A stretch of DNA of 64,000 nt from an uncultured Chloroflexia bacterium. GTDB lineage: Bacteria > Chloroflexota > Limnocylindria > Limnocylindrales > CSP1-4. How positions within the stretch are numbered: position 1 is the stretch's first letter; each line of letters begins with the position of its first letter. Below are positions 28,051 through 38,988 of this stretch, one piece after another. Under the pieces are notes generated by a model. That model ran no database searches, was not told the DNA's origin, and saw only the letters and a list, made by a program, of their open reading frames with translations. The DNA lies in the NCBI GenBank assembly GCA_963833225.1, contig CAWHXD010000008.1, positions 672,001 through 736,000 on the forward strand. Direction: 5' to 3'. The position numbers were made by a program, and so were the translations under genes.

Positions 28051-29651
28051 GCGTCCATCCCCGTCCACGCGCCCGACTGCCAGGCGGCAAGCCGCTCGCG
28101 GCGGGGTTCGGGTCGTTCGGGAAGCCTGAGAGGGATGTCCCGAAGGTCGACCAGGAGCCCACCGAGCCCACCCGCGACCTCGACGGCAGCGTGCCTGACC
28201 CGGACGCCGAGGTCGACCGGGTCCCGGAACTGGAGCTCGACGACCGCTCGTTCGCCGGGCGGCAGGTCCACGCGCTCGATCCCACCCGGCACGAGCTCGA
28301 GCTCCGAGGGTCCCTCCGGGCGCGCGACCGACAGGCTGCCGGCCACCCTGCCGGCACGAAGCCCCGCCGGCATCACCACGCTGCCCAGCGGGACGAGCAG
28401 GTCGTCACGGAGGTCGGCCATCACCTGGCGGCGCTCGTCCTCGTCCTCGATGGTCCCGAGCGGGGCCAGGAGGCGCGCGTGGTCCCAGCCAAGGGCGCGG
28501 ACGCCCGGCCGGCGGAGCACATCGGCCAGCGCGAGCGCGATCGCCGGCGCCGGCGCCACCGCAAAGGCACCGCCGGTCGCGACCACCACACCGGGTCCGG
28601 GCCTCTCGTCCAGCATCGGCGTCGCCGCGACCAGCCGCGCCAGCGCCGCCCGGGCCGCGGCCATGCGCAGGAGCGCGCCATCGCCCGGCGCATCTCCCCA
28701 GGGCGCGAGCGCCAGCTCGCGCAGGCGGTCCCGGACCCGGAGCCTGTCGACCGGCGTCGTGAGCCAGCCGGCCACGGCGTCGAGGTGGGCGTCCGTGAAC
28801 GACGGGGGCAGGAGCGCGGCCGCCGGGACCGACGCCCATCGCGCCCGTGAGACCGCGCCGGCCCGCCAGTGGGCGACCGCGCGGGTGGCGCCGCCCTGCC
28901 CGATCTCGACGACCTCCACGTCCCGCCGCAGGACCTCGGCCAGGGTGCCGGTCGCGGCGGCGAGCGCTCGCCGGCCGTCATCGCTGCCACCCCGCAGGCC
29001 GTCGAGGAGGTCGCGCAGCGCGTCGCCGCCGTCCGCCAGCGGGGATGGGCCGAGCACCGTTGACCCGGCACGATCGCCGAGCAGGGCCTCGAAGCGATTG
29101 CCGGGCGTGGCCAGGCCGCCCGCGAGCACCGTCACCAGGTCCGGGCGCCGGTCGGCGGCCGCGGCGACCACGGCGGCAAGATCGGGGAGCAGCGTCCGTT
29201 CGTCGGCACCGGGAGGATCCGCGGTGGCGGCGACCACGATCGTGATCCGCGGGTCCGCGAGCGCCGTGACCACCGGCAGGATCTCGGCACCATCGAGCAC
29301 GAGCGTCCGGACGCGCCAGCCGGCGGTGGCGGCGATGGCGGCCAGCGGCTCCGCGATCCGCCGCGTGGCCGCCAGGACGGCGGCCTGGGGCGACCGAGTC
29401 GTGGAGCATCCGACGCGCGGAAGGTCGACACCGGACCCCGTCTGCGCGAGGCCGAGCTGGCCGGCCAGGTCCGGGTCGGCCTGGGCCAGCCGCCGGCGCA
29501 ACCGCTCCACCAGCGCGTCCGCGCCCACGGACGTCGAGGCGGAGGTCGATCCCAAGAGGCGCCAGGTGCCGCCAACCGCAGCCACGATCGCGACGGCGTT
29601 GGTCGCGGTCCCACGGTCGAGGGCGACGAAGACCCGGCGCTCGGTGCTCAC
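28047..29651 (-). CDS. Glutamate mutase L (GlmL/MutL)-like ASKHA-fold protein
   Basis: VALDRGTAT (phosphate-1-like) followed by WRLLGSTSASTSV; VVEIGQGGAT (phosphate-2-like); VVATGGAFAVAP (adenosine-like); GGLGGLLVDLR C-terminus. Family assignment is from recalled resemblance. Confidence 0.65.
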   Translation of the reverse strand: MSTERRVFVALDRGTATNAVAIVAAVGGTWRLLGSTSASTSVGADALVERLRRRLAQADPDLAGQLGLAQTGSGVDLPRVGCSTTRSPQAAVLAATRRIAEPLAAIAATAGWRVRTLVLDGAEILPVVTALADPRITIVVAATADPPGADERTLLPDLAAVVAAAADRRPDLVTVLAGGLATPGNRFEALLGDRAGSTVLGPSPLADGGDALRDLLDGLRGGSDDGRRALAAATGTLAEVLRRDVEVVEIGQGGATRAVAHWRAGAVSRARWASVPAAALLPPSFTDAHLDAVAGWLTTPVDRLRVRDRLRELALAPWGDAPGDGALLRMAAARAALARLVAATPMLDERPGPGVVVATGGAFAVAPAPAIALALADVLRRPGVRALGWDHARLLAPLGTIEDEDERRQVMADLRDDLLVPLGSVVMPAGLRAGRVAGSLSVARPEGPSELELVPGGIERVDLPPGERAVVELQFRDPVDLGVRVRHAAVEVAGGLGGLLVDLRDIPLRLPERPEPRRERLAAWQSGAWTGMDA

Positions 29652-29658
29652 CGCGTCG

Positions 29659-29667
29659 ATGCTACCA
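29659..29667 (-). promoter_or_regulatory. Extended -10 of a probable leaderless transcript of the GlmL-like pair
   Basis: TGgTAGCAT, 7 nt upstream of GTG 29651. Confidence 0.55.
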
Positions 29668-29678
29668 GCGGCCCGGCC

Positions 29679-29969
29679 CTACGCGTCCCAGCCGTCGCCC
29701 TCGTCGAGCTCCTCGAGACGGTCGATCAGTGCCTCGATCCCGACGTCATCGGCCATCAGCTCGGTCGCGGACGGCGACTCGCCACCGAACACTTCGCGCA
29801 GGACCGGATCGAAGAACAGCATGGCCGGCGCGCCGAGCGGCCGGTACGGGCGGCTCGCCTCCAGGAAGTGGACCGCGGGCCCGGTCAGGCCGCGCAACCG
29901 GATCTCCCTCGCCACCGCCTCGACGAGGGCCTCGCGATGCGGGTCGAGCGGCTCCATCGGGAAGCTCAC
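29679..29969 (-). CDS. Hypothetical small protein (96 aa)
   Basis: RGLTGPAVHFLEASRPYRPLG...FFDP...IEALIDRLEE; GTGA overlap with the macrodomain gene. Confidence 0.7.
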   Translation of the reverse strand: MSFPMEPLDPHREALVEAVAREIRLRGLTGPAVHFLEASRPYRPLGAPAMLFFDPVLREVFGGESPSATELMADDVGIEALIDRLEELDEGDGWDA

Positions 29970-30589
29970 CCGGCGGTTCCTCCATCGTCGATCCAGCCGC
30001 CGACACCCGGGGTCACCCCGGCGTTCCGGCCCGGGCCAACCGGCTGCCAGGTCGCGGGCTCGATCAGCGGTCGCGACGGTGCGGGCTCGTCCGCGGACAG
30101 TGCCGCCGCGAATGCCTCGTAGGCCGCGGTCCCGCGGAGCGCGAACACGACATGCTCGACGGTCGGGGACCGTTGCAGCTCGTCGCGCACGGCGGCCACG
30201 GCGGTCCTCGCCGCCTCGTCCATCGGAAAGCCACCGATCCCGGTGCCCAGCGCCGGAAAGGCGATGCTCGAAAGGCCCAGCTCCCGAGCGCGGGCCATCA
30301 CGCTCCGGGCGGCCTTCTCGATGGCCGCCGCGCTCGTCCGGCGATCTCGTTCGAGGGACACCGCGTGGATCACGACCCTGGCCGCGAGGCTGCCGGCGTG
30401 GGTGACGATCGCGTCGCCAAGCGCTGCGGGGGCCTGCCGCAGGGCCGCGAACTCGATGGCGTCGCCACCGGCCCGCTTGAGCTCACCCGCGATCCCGGCC
30501 GACATCCACAGGGAGGTGGCGGCGGGAGCCACGATGGCGTCAACCTCGAGATCACAGATATCCCCGTTCCAGATCTCGATGCGCGTCAT
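29966..30589 (-). CDS. Macrodomain (ADP-ribose-binding) protein
   Basis: IEIWNGDICDLEVDAIV, TxAGSL, VIHAVS, IAFPALGTGIGGFP. Confidence 0.9.
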   Translation of the reverse strand: MTRIEIWNGDICDLEVDAIVAPAATSLWMSAGIAGELKRAGGDAIEFAALRQAPAALGDAIVTHAGSLAARVVIHAVSLERDRRTSAAAIEKAARSVMARARELGLSSIAFPALGTGIGGFPMDEAARTAVAAVRDELQRSPTVEHVVFALRGTAAYEAFAAALSADEPAPSRPLIEPATWQPVGPGRNAGVTPGVGGWIDDGGTAG

Positions 30590-31848
30590 CCGGACCTCCC
30601 ACCCGCAAGCGTGCGCGCCCCCGCCACGCGACCGGCGGCATGGTACACCCGGGCCAGCCGGTGGGACATCGCGGTCACCACCTCGTAGCTGATCGTCCCG
30701 CAGGTCGCGGCCAGGTCGAAGGCGGTGATCCGCTCCGCGCCCTGCTCACCGAGCAGCACGAACTCGTCATCTGCCCCGACGGGCGACCCCGGGACGTCCG
30801 TCACGTCGGCCATCACCGCGTCCATCGACACCCGCCCCACGAGCGGCACCCGCACCCCGCGGACGAGCGCCTCGGCCCGGTCGGAAAGGCACCGCCGCCA
30901 GCCGTCGCCGTACCCGACCGGGAGGGTCGCGATCCGCGTCCGGCGAGCGGTCACGAAGGTCGGCCCATAGCTCACCCCGTGGCCGGCCGGCAGGTCGATC
31001 ACCCGGACCGGGCGGGCCTTGAGGGCCATCACGGGACGCAGGCGCCCGGCCGGACCCTGGTTCCGATCGGACGGGACGAGCGTGTCCGGGACCAGGCCGT
31101 AGACGGCGATCCCGGTCCGCACCGCGTCCCAGCGGGTCACGGCCTCCCCGAGAACCCCGCCACTCCCCGCGAGATGGCGGCGGACGGTTCCGGGTCCGGG
31201 CCCCCACGCGACCGCGTCAAGGAGCCGCAGGACATCCGCGAACCGTGCGTCCTGGCCGAGCGTGCTCGCGGCATCGTCGGCAGCGGCCAGGTGCGTCCAG
31301 GTCCCTCCGAGCCGGACGCCGTCCGCCGACGCGATCGTGGCCAGGGCGGCCCGGGCGTCGTCGGCCAGCACCCCGCCCCGACCGAGCCCGGTCTCGATCT
31401 CCAGGTGCACCTCGAGCGGGGGCTGGAGGCCGGCCGCCGCCCGCAGCATCTCGCGGCTCGGCTCTCCCGGGCCGACGGCAACCGCGATCGAGGCGCGGGC
31501 GGCCGCCGGCACGGCCTCCGGCGGCACGGGATACAGGACGAGCAGCGGAAGCGTCACCCCGGCCTCCCGCAGCTCGAGCGCCTCGTCGAGGGTTGCGACC
31601 GACAACCCGTCGGCGCCGGCGGCCTCGAGGGCGAGCGCGATGGGCACGGCTCCGTGACCGTACGCATCGGCCTTGACCACCGGCTCCACGCGGACGCCGG
31701 CCCCGGAGGCCTCCCGCAGGGCCGCGAGATTGCCGCGCAGGGCGTCGAGATCCAGCTCCAGCCACGCGAGGCGGGCAAGCGGGGCCAGGCCGGCCGCCGC
31801 CAGGCGGGACTCGATCGGCTCCGTCCCGGGCGCCCCTGGCGCGCTCAG
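30586..31848 (-). CDS. alr: Alanine racemase (start uncertain)
   Basis: VVKADAYGHG, HLEIETGLGRGG, GVSYG, LPVGYGDG, GRVSMD, TISYEV. Confidence 0.94.
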   Translation of the reverse strand: MSAPGAPGTEPIESRLAAAGLAPLARLAWLELDLDALRGNLAALREASGAGVRVEPVVKADAYGHGAVPIALALEAAGADGLSVATLDEALELREAGVTLPLLVLYPVPPEAVPAAARASIAVAVGPGEPSREMLRAAAGLQPPLEVHLEIETGLGRGGVLADDARAALATIASADGVRLGGTWTHLAAADDAASTLGQDARFADVLRLLDAVAWGPGPGTVRRHLAGSGGVLGEAVTRWDAVRTGIAVYGLVPDTLVPSDRNQGPAGRLRPVMALKARPVRVIDLPAGHGVSYGPTFVTARRTRIATLPVGYGDGWRRCLSDRAEALVRGVRVPLVGRVSMDAVMADVTDVPGSPVGADDEFVLLGEQGAERITAFDLAATCGTISYEVVTAMSHRLARVYHAAGRVAGARTLAGGRSG

Positions 31849-32930
31849 CGCTCGGCTCCGTCCGGGTCCGGATCGGAGGACGCCGTCCCGGATCCATCGC
31901 GGACCCCGAAGCCCAGCGTTCGCCCGGCGCGGATCCGCTCCGCCCTCGCGGCCAGGCGCTTGCGCACCATCGGGATGGCCTCCGGGAGATCGGACGCCAG
32001 GAGGCCCGCGTCGCCGATCCGCTCGCGGACGAGCTCGCCTGCCTCGCCGTGGAGGTAGACGCCGAGGCATGCGGCGTCGTAGGTCCCGAGACCCTGGGCC
32101 AGGAGGGCCCCGATCGTGCCCGCCAGGACGTCGCCGGTCCCGCCCGACGCCATCGCCGGGTTCTCGAACGGCGCGAAGGAGGCGCTCCCATCCGGGGAGG
32201 CGATGACCGTGTTCGCCCCCTTGAGCACGACGACCTGGTTCCACTCGGCGGCGGCGGCCCTGGCCGCCCGCACCCGCGCGGCGTCGTCCGCGGCGAGATC
32301 GCCGTCCTCGGCGGGGTCATGACCACTGCCCGCGCGGAGCCGCGCGAACTCGCCCGCGTGCGGCGTCAGGACGCACGGACGCGTGACCCCGGTCCACCAC
32401 TCATCGGCCGAGGCGAGGGTCCGGAGCGCCTCCGCGTCGAGCACCACGGGCGGCCCACCCGCCTCCTCGGGGCTGGTGAGCAGGAGCCGCAACAGGTCCG
32501 CCGTGGCCAGCGACGGTCGCAGCCCCGGCCCGATGACGAGGGCGTCGTGCTCGTGGTCGAGCACCTTGGACAGGGCCGGCTCGGGGTCGACCTCCTCGAC
32601 ATCGTCCTCGGGCAGGGCCATCGTCGTGGCTTCCACCACCTTGGCCGCGAACAGGGGCTGGAGCGACTCGGGCACGGCGAGCGTGACCAGTCCGGCGCCG
32701 GCGCGTCCCGCGGCGCGGCAGACGAGCAGGGCCGCCCCGGCGTAGTCCAGGGAGCCCGCGATCACCAGGATCTTCCCGAAGGTGCCCTTGTGGCCACGCG
32801 CGTCCCGCACCGGGATCAGGCGGGCGACGGACGCATCATCGAGCCTGGCGACGCCATCGGGCATCGCGCCACCACCCGCGGACGCCTCCTCCGCGCGCCT
32901 CCCGAACCCGACCGGGCGCCGATCACCCAC
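31845..32930 (-). CDS. nnrD: ADP-dependent NAD(P)H-hydrate dehydratase (stand-alone)
   Basis: HKGTFGKILVIAGSLDYAGAA, IGPGL, LTPHAGEFARL, VLKGA, MASGGTGDVLAG. Confidence 0.92.
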   Translation of the reverse strand: MGDRRPVGFGRRAEEASAGGGAMPDGVARLDDASVARLIPVRDARGHKGTFGKILVIAGSLDYAGAALLVCRAAGRAGAGLVTLAVPESLQPLFAAKVVEATTMALPEDDVEEVDPEPALSKVLDHEHDALVIGPGLRPSLATADLLRLLLTSPEEAGGPPVVLDAEALRTLASADEWWTGVTRPCVLTPHAGEFARLRAGSGHDPAEDGDLAADDAARVRAARAAAAEWNQVVVLKGANTVIASPDGSASFAPFENPAMASGGTGDVLAGTIGALLAQGLGTYDAACLGVYLHGEAGELVRERIGDAGLLASDLPEAIPMVRKRLAARAERIRAGRTLGFGVRDGSGTASSDPDPDGAER

Positions 32931-33504
32931 GGCCCTCGTCCTCCACTCCGGGTGCCGGACCCTCGAGCGCCGCGCCCGCCTGGTGGAGCTCGCGCAGGCG
33001 TTCCATCCGGGCCAGCAGCTTGCGCTCCCGATCGTCGAGACGCGCGTCGATGTCGAGCGGGAAGACGTACTTGCCGCCCGCCGTCCGCACGCCGAACGCG
33101 ACGGCCACCGCGAACTCGGCCTCGTGGCTGATCGAGACCGCGATCCTGCCCATCCCGAGCTGTCCGGCCCGCTCCGCGGCGCGCCCGTGGAGGATGACGT
33201 TCGGCTGGCCGGTCGGCAGCCGCTCGACCTCGATGTCGCGCCAGCCCACCCCGCGCACGCCAAGGCCGAGCACCTTGGACACGGCCTCCTTGGCCGCCCA
33301 GCGACCGGCGAACGTCTCGGGGCGCTGGCGCACGTAGCGCTGCTCGCGGGCGGTCAGGACGCGGTTCGCGAACCGCATCCCGAACCGGGTGATCGCGGTC
33401 GCGATCCGGTCCACCTTGACGATGTCGATCCCCAGCTCGGTCGTGCCCGGCGGCACGATGCCCGGCGGCAGGACCGGATCCGCGGCGGGTCCGGGGCGGG
33501 TCAT
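32923..33504 (-). CDS. acpS: Holo-ACP synthase
   Basis: LGIDIV, FAGRWAAKEAVSKVLG, VSISHE. Confidence 0.93.
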   Translation of the reverse strand: MTRPGPAADPVLPPGIVPPGTTELGIDIVKVDRIATAITRFGMRFANRVLTAREQRYVRQRPETFAGRWAAKEAVSKVLGLGVRGVGWRDIEVERLPTGQPNVILHGRAAERAGQLGMGRIAVSISHEAEFAVAVAFGVRTAGGKYVFPLDIDARLDDRERKLLARMERLRELHQAGAALEGPAPGVEDEGRG

Positions 33505-33507
33505 CGC

Positions 33508-35337
<1,830 letters not shown>

Positions 35338-35383
35338 GCTGCCAGGAGATCTCCGTAGGAACGCGCCGCCCTCAACCGGGCGG

Positions 35384-36718
35384 CTAGTGTAGACGCTCCT
35401 CCGCGAGCGCCGCGATCGCGTCGGCGAGCTCCGAGACGAGCGCCGCGTCTCGACCCTCGACCATCACCCGCAGGACGGGTTCGGTTCCCGACGGACGCAC
35501 GAGGATCCGTCCCTGCGGCGCCAGCCTCGTCTCCGCGACCGCGATCGCGCCGCGCAACACGTCGTCGTTCATCCACTGGTCCCGGTGCCGGACGCGGATC
35601 GCGCGCTGCTGCTGGGGCAGGAGCGGGATCGATGTCGCCAGCTCGTTGAGGCCGCTGCCGGCCGAGCGCATCACGCGGAGCAGCTCGATCGCGGTCACCA
35701 GCCCGTCACCCGACGTGCTGTGCTCGCGAATGATCACGTGCCCGCTCTTCTCCCCGCCCAGCCCGGCGCCGGACACCAGCATGGCGGCCAGGATGTGCTT
35801 GTCCCCGACCGGCGTGCGGACGATGCGTCCGCCCGCCGCCTCGATGGCCTGGGCAAGTCCCCCGTTGGAGAGCACGGAGACCACCAGGCTGTCGCGGTCG
35901 AGGACCCCGCGCGACAGGCGCTCCAGGGCCAGCAGGCCAAGGACCTGGTCACCGTCCACGACGGCCCCGGTGCCGTCGACCGCGATGCACCGGTCGGCAT
36001 CGCCGTCGAGCGCGAAGCCCACGTCGGCACCCTGGTCGCGCACCGCCGCCATGAGGGCATCCGGGTGGGTTGCGCCGCAGTCCCGGTTGATGTTGTCGCC
36101 GTCTGGCCGGTCGTTGATCACCGTGACCCGCGCGCCGGTCGCCCGCAGGATCTCCGGACCGACCCGGTAGGCGGCCCCATTGGCGGTGTCGAGCACCACG
36201 TGGAGCCCCTCGGCGGGCACGGCAGACGCAAGGCCGACCCGGTGGGCGAGGTACCGCTCGACCAGTCCCTCGGCCCGCATGCCACGTCCGATCGCGGTGG
36301 GGGGCACGCCCGGGAGCTCGTCGGCGCGCAGGATCAGCGACTCCAGGTCATCCTCGAGATCGTCATCGAGCTTGAGGCCGGACGGGTCAAGCACCTTGAG
36401 CCCGTTGTCCTCGGCCGGGTTGTGCGATGCCGAGACCATGATCCCGGCCCGGAAGTCCCCGCTCCCGGCGATGAAGGCAAGCGCCGGGGTCGGGACCACG
36501 CCCACGGCGTGCACGTCGACGCCCATGCTCGCCGCCCCCGCGGTGATCGCGGCCACGAACATGTCGCCCGACCGGCGGGTGTCCTGGCCGACGACGATGG
36601 CCGCGCCGGTGCCACCGACCTGGTGTGCCGTGGCGCGGCCCAGGGAGAAGGCCAGCGCCGGACGGAGGTCCACGTTGGCGGCGCCCCGGATGCCGTCGGT
36701 GCCGAACAGGCGGGTCAT
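35384..36718 (-). CDS. glmM: Phosphoglucosamine mutase
   Basis: LFGTDGIRG, MVSASHNP, DGDADR, GGEKSGH, RPSGTEP. Confidence 0.96.
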   Translation of the reverse strand: MTRLFGTDGIRGAANVDLRPALAFSLGRATAHQVGGTGAAIVVGQDTRRSGDMFVAAITAGAASMGVDVHAVGVVPTPALAFIAGSGDFRAGIMVSASHNPAEDNGLKVLDPSGLKLDDDLEDDLESLILRADELPGVPPTAIGRGMRAEGLVERYLAHRVGLASAVPAEGLHVVLDTANGAAYRVGPEILRATGARVTVINDRPDGDNINRDCGATHPDALMAAVRDQGADVGFALDGDADRCIAVDGTGAVVDGDQVLGLLALERLSRGVLDRDSLVVSVLSNGGLAQAIEAAGGRIVRTPVGDKHILAAMLVSGAGLGGEKSGHVIIREHSTSGDGLVTAIELLRVMRSAGSGLNELATSIPLLPQQQRAIRVRHRDQWMNDDVLRGAIAVAETRLAPQGRILVRPSGTEPVLRVMVEGRDAALVSELADAIAALAEERLH

Positions 36719-36748
36719 GCAGGATCCTCGTTGCGAGTGAGCGGCCCG

Positions 36749-38026
36749 TCAGGGCGTGGTCGTCGAGACCGGAGCGGCGGACGGAGTGGTCGTGGGCACC
36801 GGCGTCGGACGCACCGTGACCGTCACGCTGATCGTCTCCGGCGAGATGGCGGCCACCGTGACCGCCGAGGTCAGGATCGGGACGACCGGGACCTCGTGGA
36901 TGCCCGGCTCGAGATCCGCGACGTTGATCGAGATCACGATCGGGATCGTGCCCAGGCGATCGAGGATGGCCGTTGACCCGAACAGGCTCAGCAGGACCTG
37001 CGACTCGTTGGCCTCGTACTGGAGATCCGGCGACCGGCCGTCGAGGCGGATGCCCGCCAGGTAGGTGCGGGTCTCGGTCACGGCCTCGATCCTGACGGTC
37101 ACGGTCGCGGTCTGGGTACCGATCGCGGTGACGCCCGTCGGCAGCGCGTAGGCAACGGTGACCGTCACATCCCGCGTGGCCCCGGTCACGACCACCGGGG
37201 CGGTGTCGGCGGCGGCGAGCGTCTGGAGCTGGTCCAGGTCGCCCTCGACGGAGACGACCAGCGGGTCCACCTCGACCGATGCCACCCGGAAGCCCGCGGA
37301 GGGCGTCCCGGTCGTGATCGGGTTCACTGGAACGGTGCGGTTCTTGAGGTCCTTGTAGACGGGGATCGTGACGTGCACCACGGCCGGCTCCAGGTCCACG
37401 CCGGTGACGATCTCGCCGGCCAGGTTGATCGGATCCGCCTCGATCTCGCGGTCGATGTCGACGGCGCTGCTGTCGATGGTGACGCCCACCCGGGCGCTGA
37501 CAACCTGCCTGACCAGCGACGAGGCACCCGTGACCGTCACCTCCGCCGGTGACAGGGTCCGATCACCGACCGTGAGCCCATCCGGCGGCGTGGACATGTC
37601 CACGGTCACGGGCACGGCCTTGGACACCAGCTGGTCGAGGACCACGGTGATCGATCGAGGGCTGGAGTCGACGATGGAGACCCGGGGGTCCACGGCCGTG
37701 ACCGTGATCCGGACGGTGACCGGGTTGCCGTCGGGCTGGATGCCCGACAGGTCGACCGTCGCCCGGAAGTCCTCTGCAGTGAGGCGGCCCAGGTCAGCCG
37801 GGGCCACGTAGCGAACCTCTTCCACGTCCTGCAGCTGGTTGACCACGACGGTATTGGCGGGCTGGTTGACCGGGGTCACCTTGAGCGGTCCCGGATACGT
37901 CGCGCTGTCCTGGGAGGCAACGAGGCCGACATAGAGCAGCGTGGCCAGGACCGCGGCCCCGAGCTTGAGCGGCCAGTTGTCGATGATGATCCCGGCGAGG
38001 CGCCGGGCGGTGCGGCGAGCGTTCAC
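36749..38026 (-). CDS. cdaR: CdaR/YbbR-domain regulator of diadenylate cyclase
   Basis: NWPLKL followed by a TM helix, then repeated V/T-rich beta domains; lies between cdaA and glmM. Confidence 0.85.
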   Translation of the reverse strand: MNARRTARRLAGIIIDNWPLKLGAAVLATLLYVGLVASQDSATYPGPLKVTPVNQPANTVVVNQLQDVEEVRYVAPADLGRLTAEDFRATVDLSGIQPDGNPVTVRITVTAVDPRVSIVDSSPRSITVVLDQLVSKAVPVTVDMSTPPDGLTVGDRTLSPAEVTVTGASSLVRQVVSARVGVTIDSSAVDIDREIEADPINLAGEIVTGVDLEPAVVHVTIPVYKDLKNRTVPVNPITTGTPSAGFRVASVEVDPLVVSVEGDLDQLQTLAAADTAPVVVTGATRDVTVTVAYALPTGVTAIGTQTATVTVRIEAVTETRTYLAGIRLDGRSPDLQYEANESQVLLSLFGSTAILDRLGTIPIVISINVADLEPGIHEVPVVPILTSAVTVAAISPETISVTVTVRPTPVPTTTPSAAPVSTTTP

Positions 38027-38955
38027 GGGCCGGGTACCGTGGCCGCGGCGGCGCCCTCGTCGTCATCGCGGCCCGCCGGCTCCGCGGCCGGAGGCCCGGT
38101 GCGCGCGCGACGGCGCGCGAAGTGCAGCCGCCCGGTCCGTCCCGTCACCGATCCCACGCGACCGAGGCGCCCGGAGACGGTGGGGGTCTCGAGCCGTCCG
38201 ATCAGCGCGCGCTCGAGCTGGGCCTCGCTCGGGATGCGGACGATCCGGGCCCGCTCCACGAGGCTCATCTGGCCGCTCTCCTCGGACACCACGACCGCGA
38301 CCGCGTCGGTGTCCTCGGTGATCCCAAGGGCGGCCCGGTGACGGGTGCCGTAGCGTGCCGAGAGCTCCATCTCGGTCAGGGGCAGGAGCGCGGCCGCCGC
38401 GAGCACCGCGTCGCCGCGGATGATCACGGCCCCGTCGTGGAGCTCCGTGCGCGGCATGAAGATGGTGCCCAGCAGCTCGTGCGACAGGTCCGCGTGCAGC
38501 ATGACCCCGGTCTCCGCGATCTCCTCCAGACCCGTTTCGCGCTCGATGACGATGAGCGCCCCGTGCCGTTCGCGGGACATCAACCAGGCTGCCTTGGAGA
38601 CCTCGGCGGCGACATGCTCCGTCCGACGGTGCGCCGGGGGCGCGAACACCCGTCCGATCGCGCCGACCCGCCCGATGCGCTCCAGCGCCCGCCGCAGCTC
38701 GGGCTGGAACACGACGACGAGGGCGAACAGGCCAACCACGGCGCCGGCCTGGAGAAGCTGCGTGAACATGCGCAGATGCAGCCACTGGGCGAGGGCGTAG
38801 GCGCCGAACAGGATGGTGACGCCGATCACGAGGGTCACCGCCCTCGTGCCCCGGATCAGGCTGAACAGCCAGTAGATGAAGAACGCGGTGATGGCGATGT
38901 CAAGAAGGGTCGCCAGCGTGATCTGCCGGACCAGCGACTCGACAAACGGGAGCAT
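38023..38955 (-). CDS. cdaA: Diadenylate cyclase
   Basis: 3 TM helices; VVFQPELRRALE, LHDGAVII, GTRHRAALGITE, VSEESG. Confidence 0.95.
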   Translation of the reverse strand: MLPFVESLVRQITLATLLDIAITAFFIYWLFSLIRGTRAVTLVIGVTILFGAYALAQWLHLRMFTQLLQAGAVVGLFALVVVFQPELRRALERIGRVGAIGRVFAPPAHRRTEHVAAEVSKAAWLMSRERHGALIVIERETGLEEIAETGVMLHADLSHELLGTIFMPRTELHDGAVIIRGDAVLAAAALLPLTEMELSARYGTRHRAALGITEDTDAVAVVVSEESGQMSLVERARIVRIPSEAQLERALIGRLETPTVSGRLGRVGSVTGRTGRLHFARRRARTGPPAAEPAGRDDDEGAAAATVPGP

Positions 38956-38988
38956 CTTCCGCCAAGTCTATCATCGGGCCTTCCGGGC

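Noticed and set aside
26932-30405. 1157-aa plus-strand ORF
   Set aside because: Antisense shadow of real minus-strand genes; R/S/P/A-rich low-complexity sequence typical of high-GC DNA
35338-35383. glmS ribozyme
   Set aside because: The gap is only 46 nt, far too short
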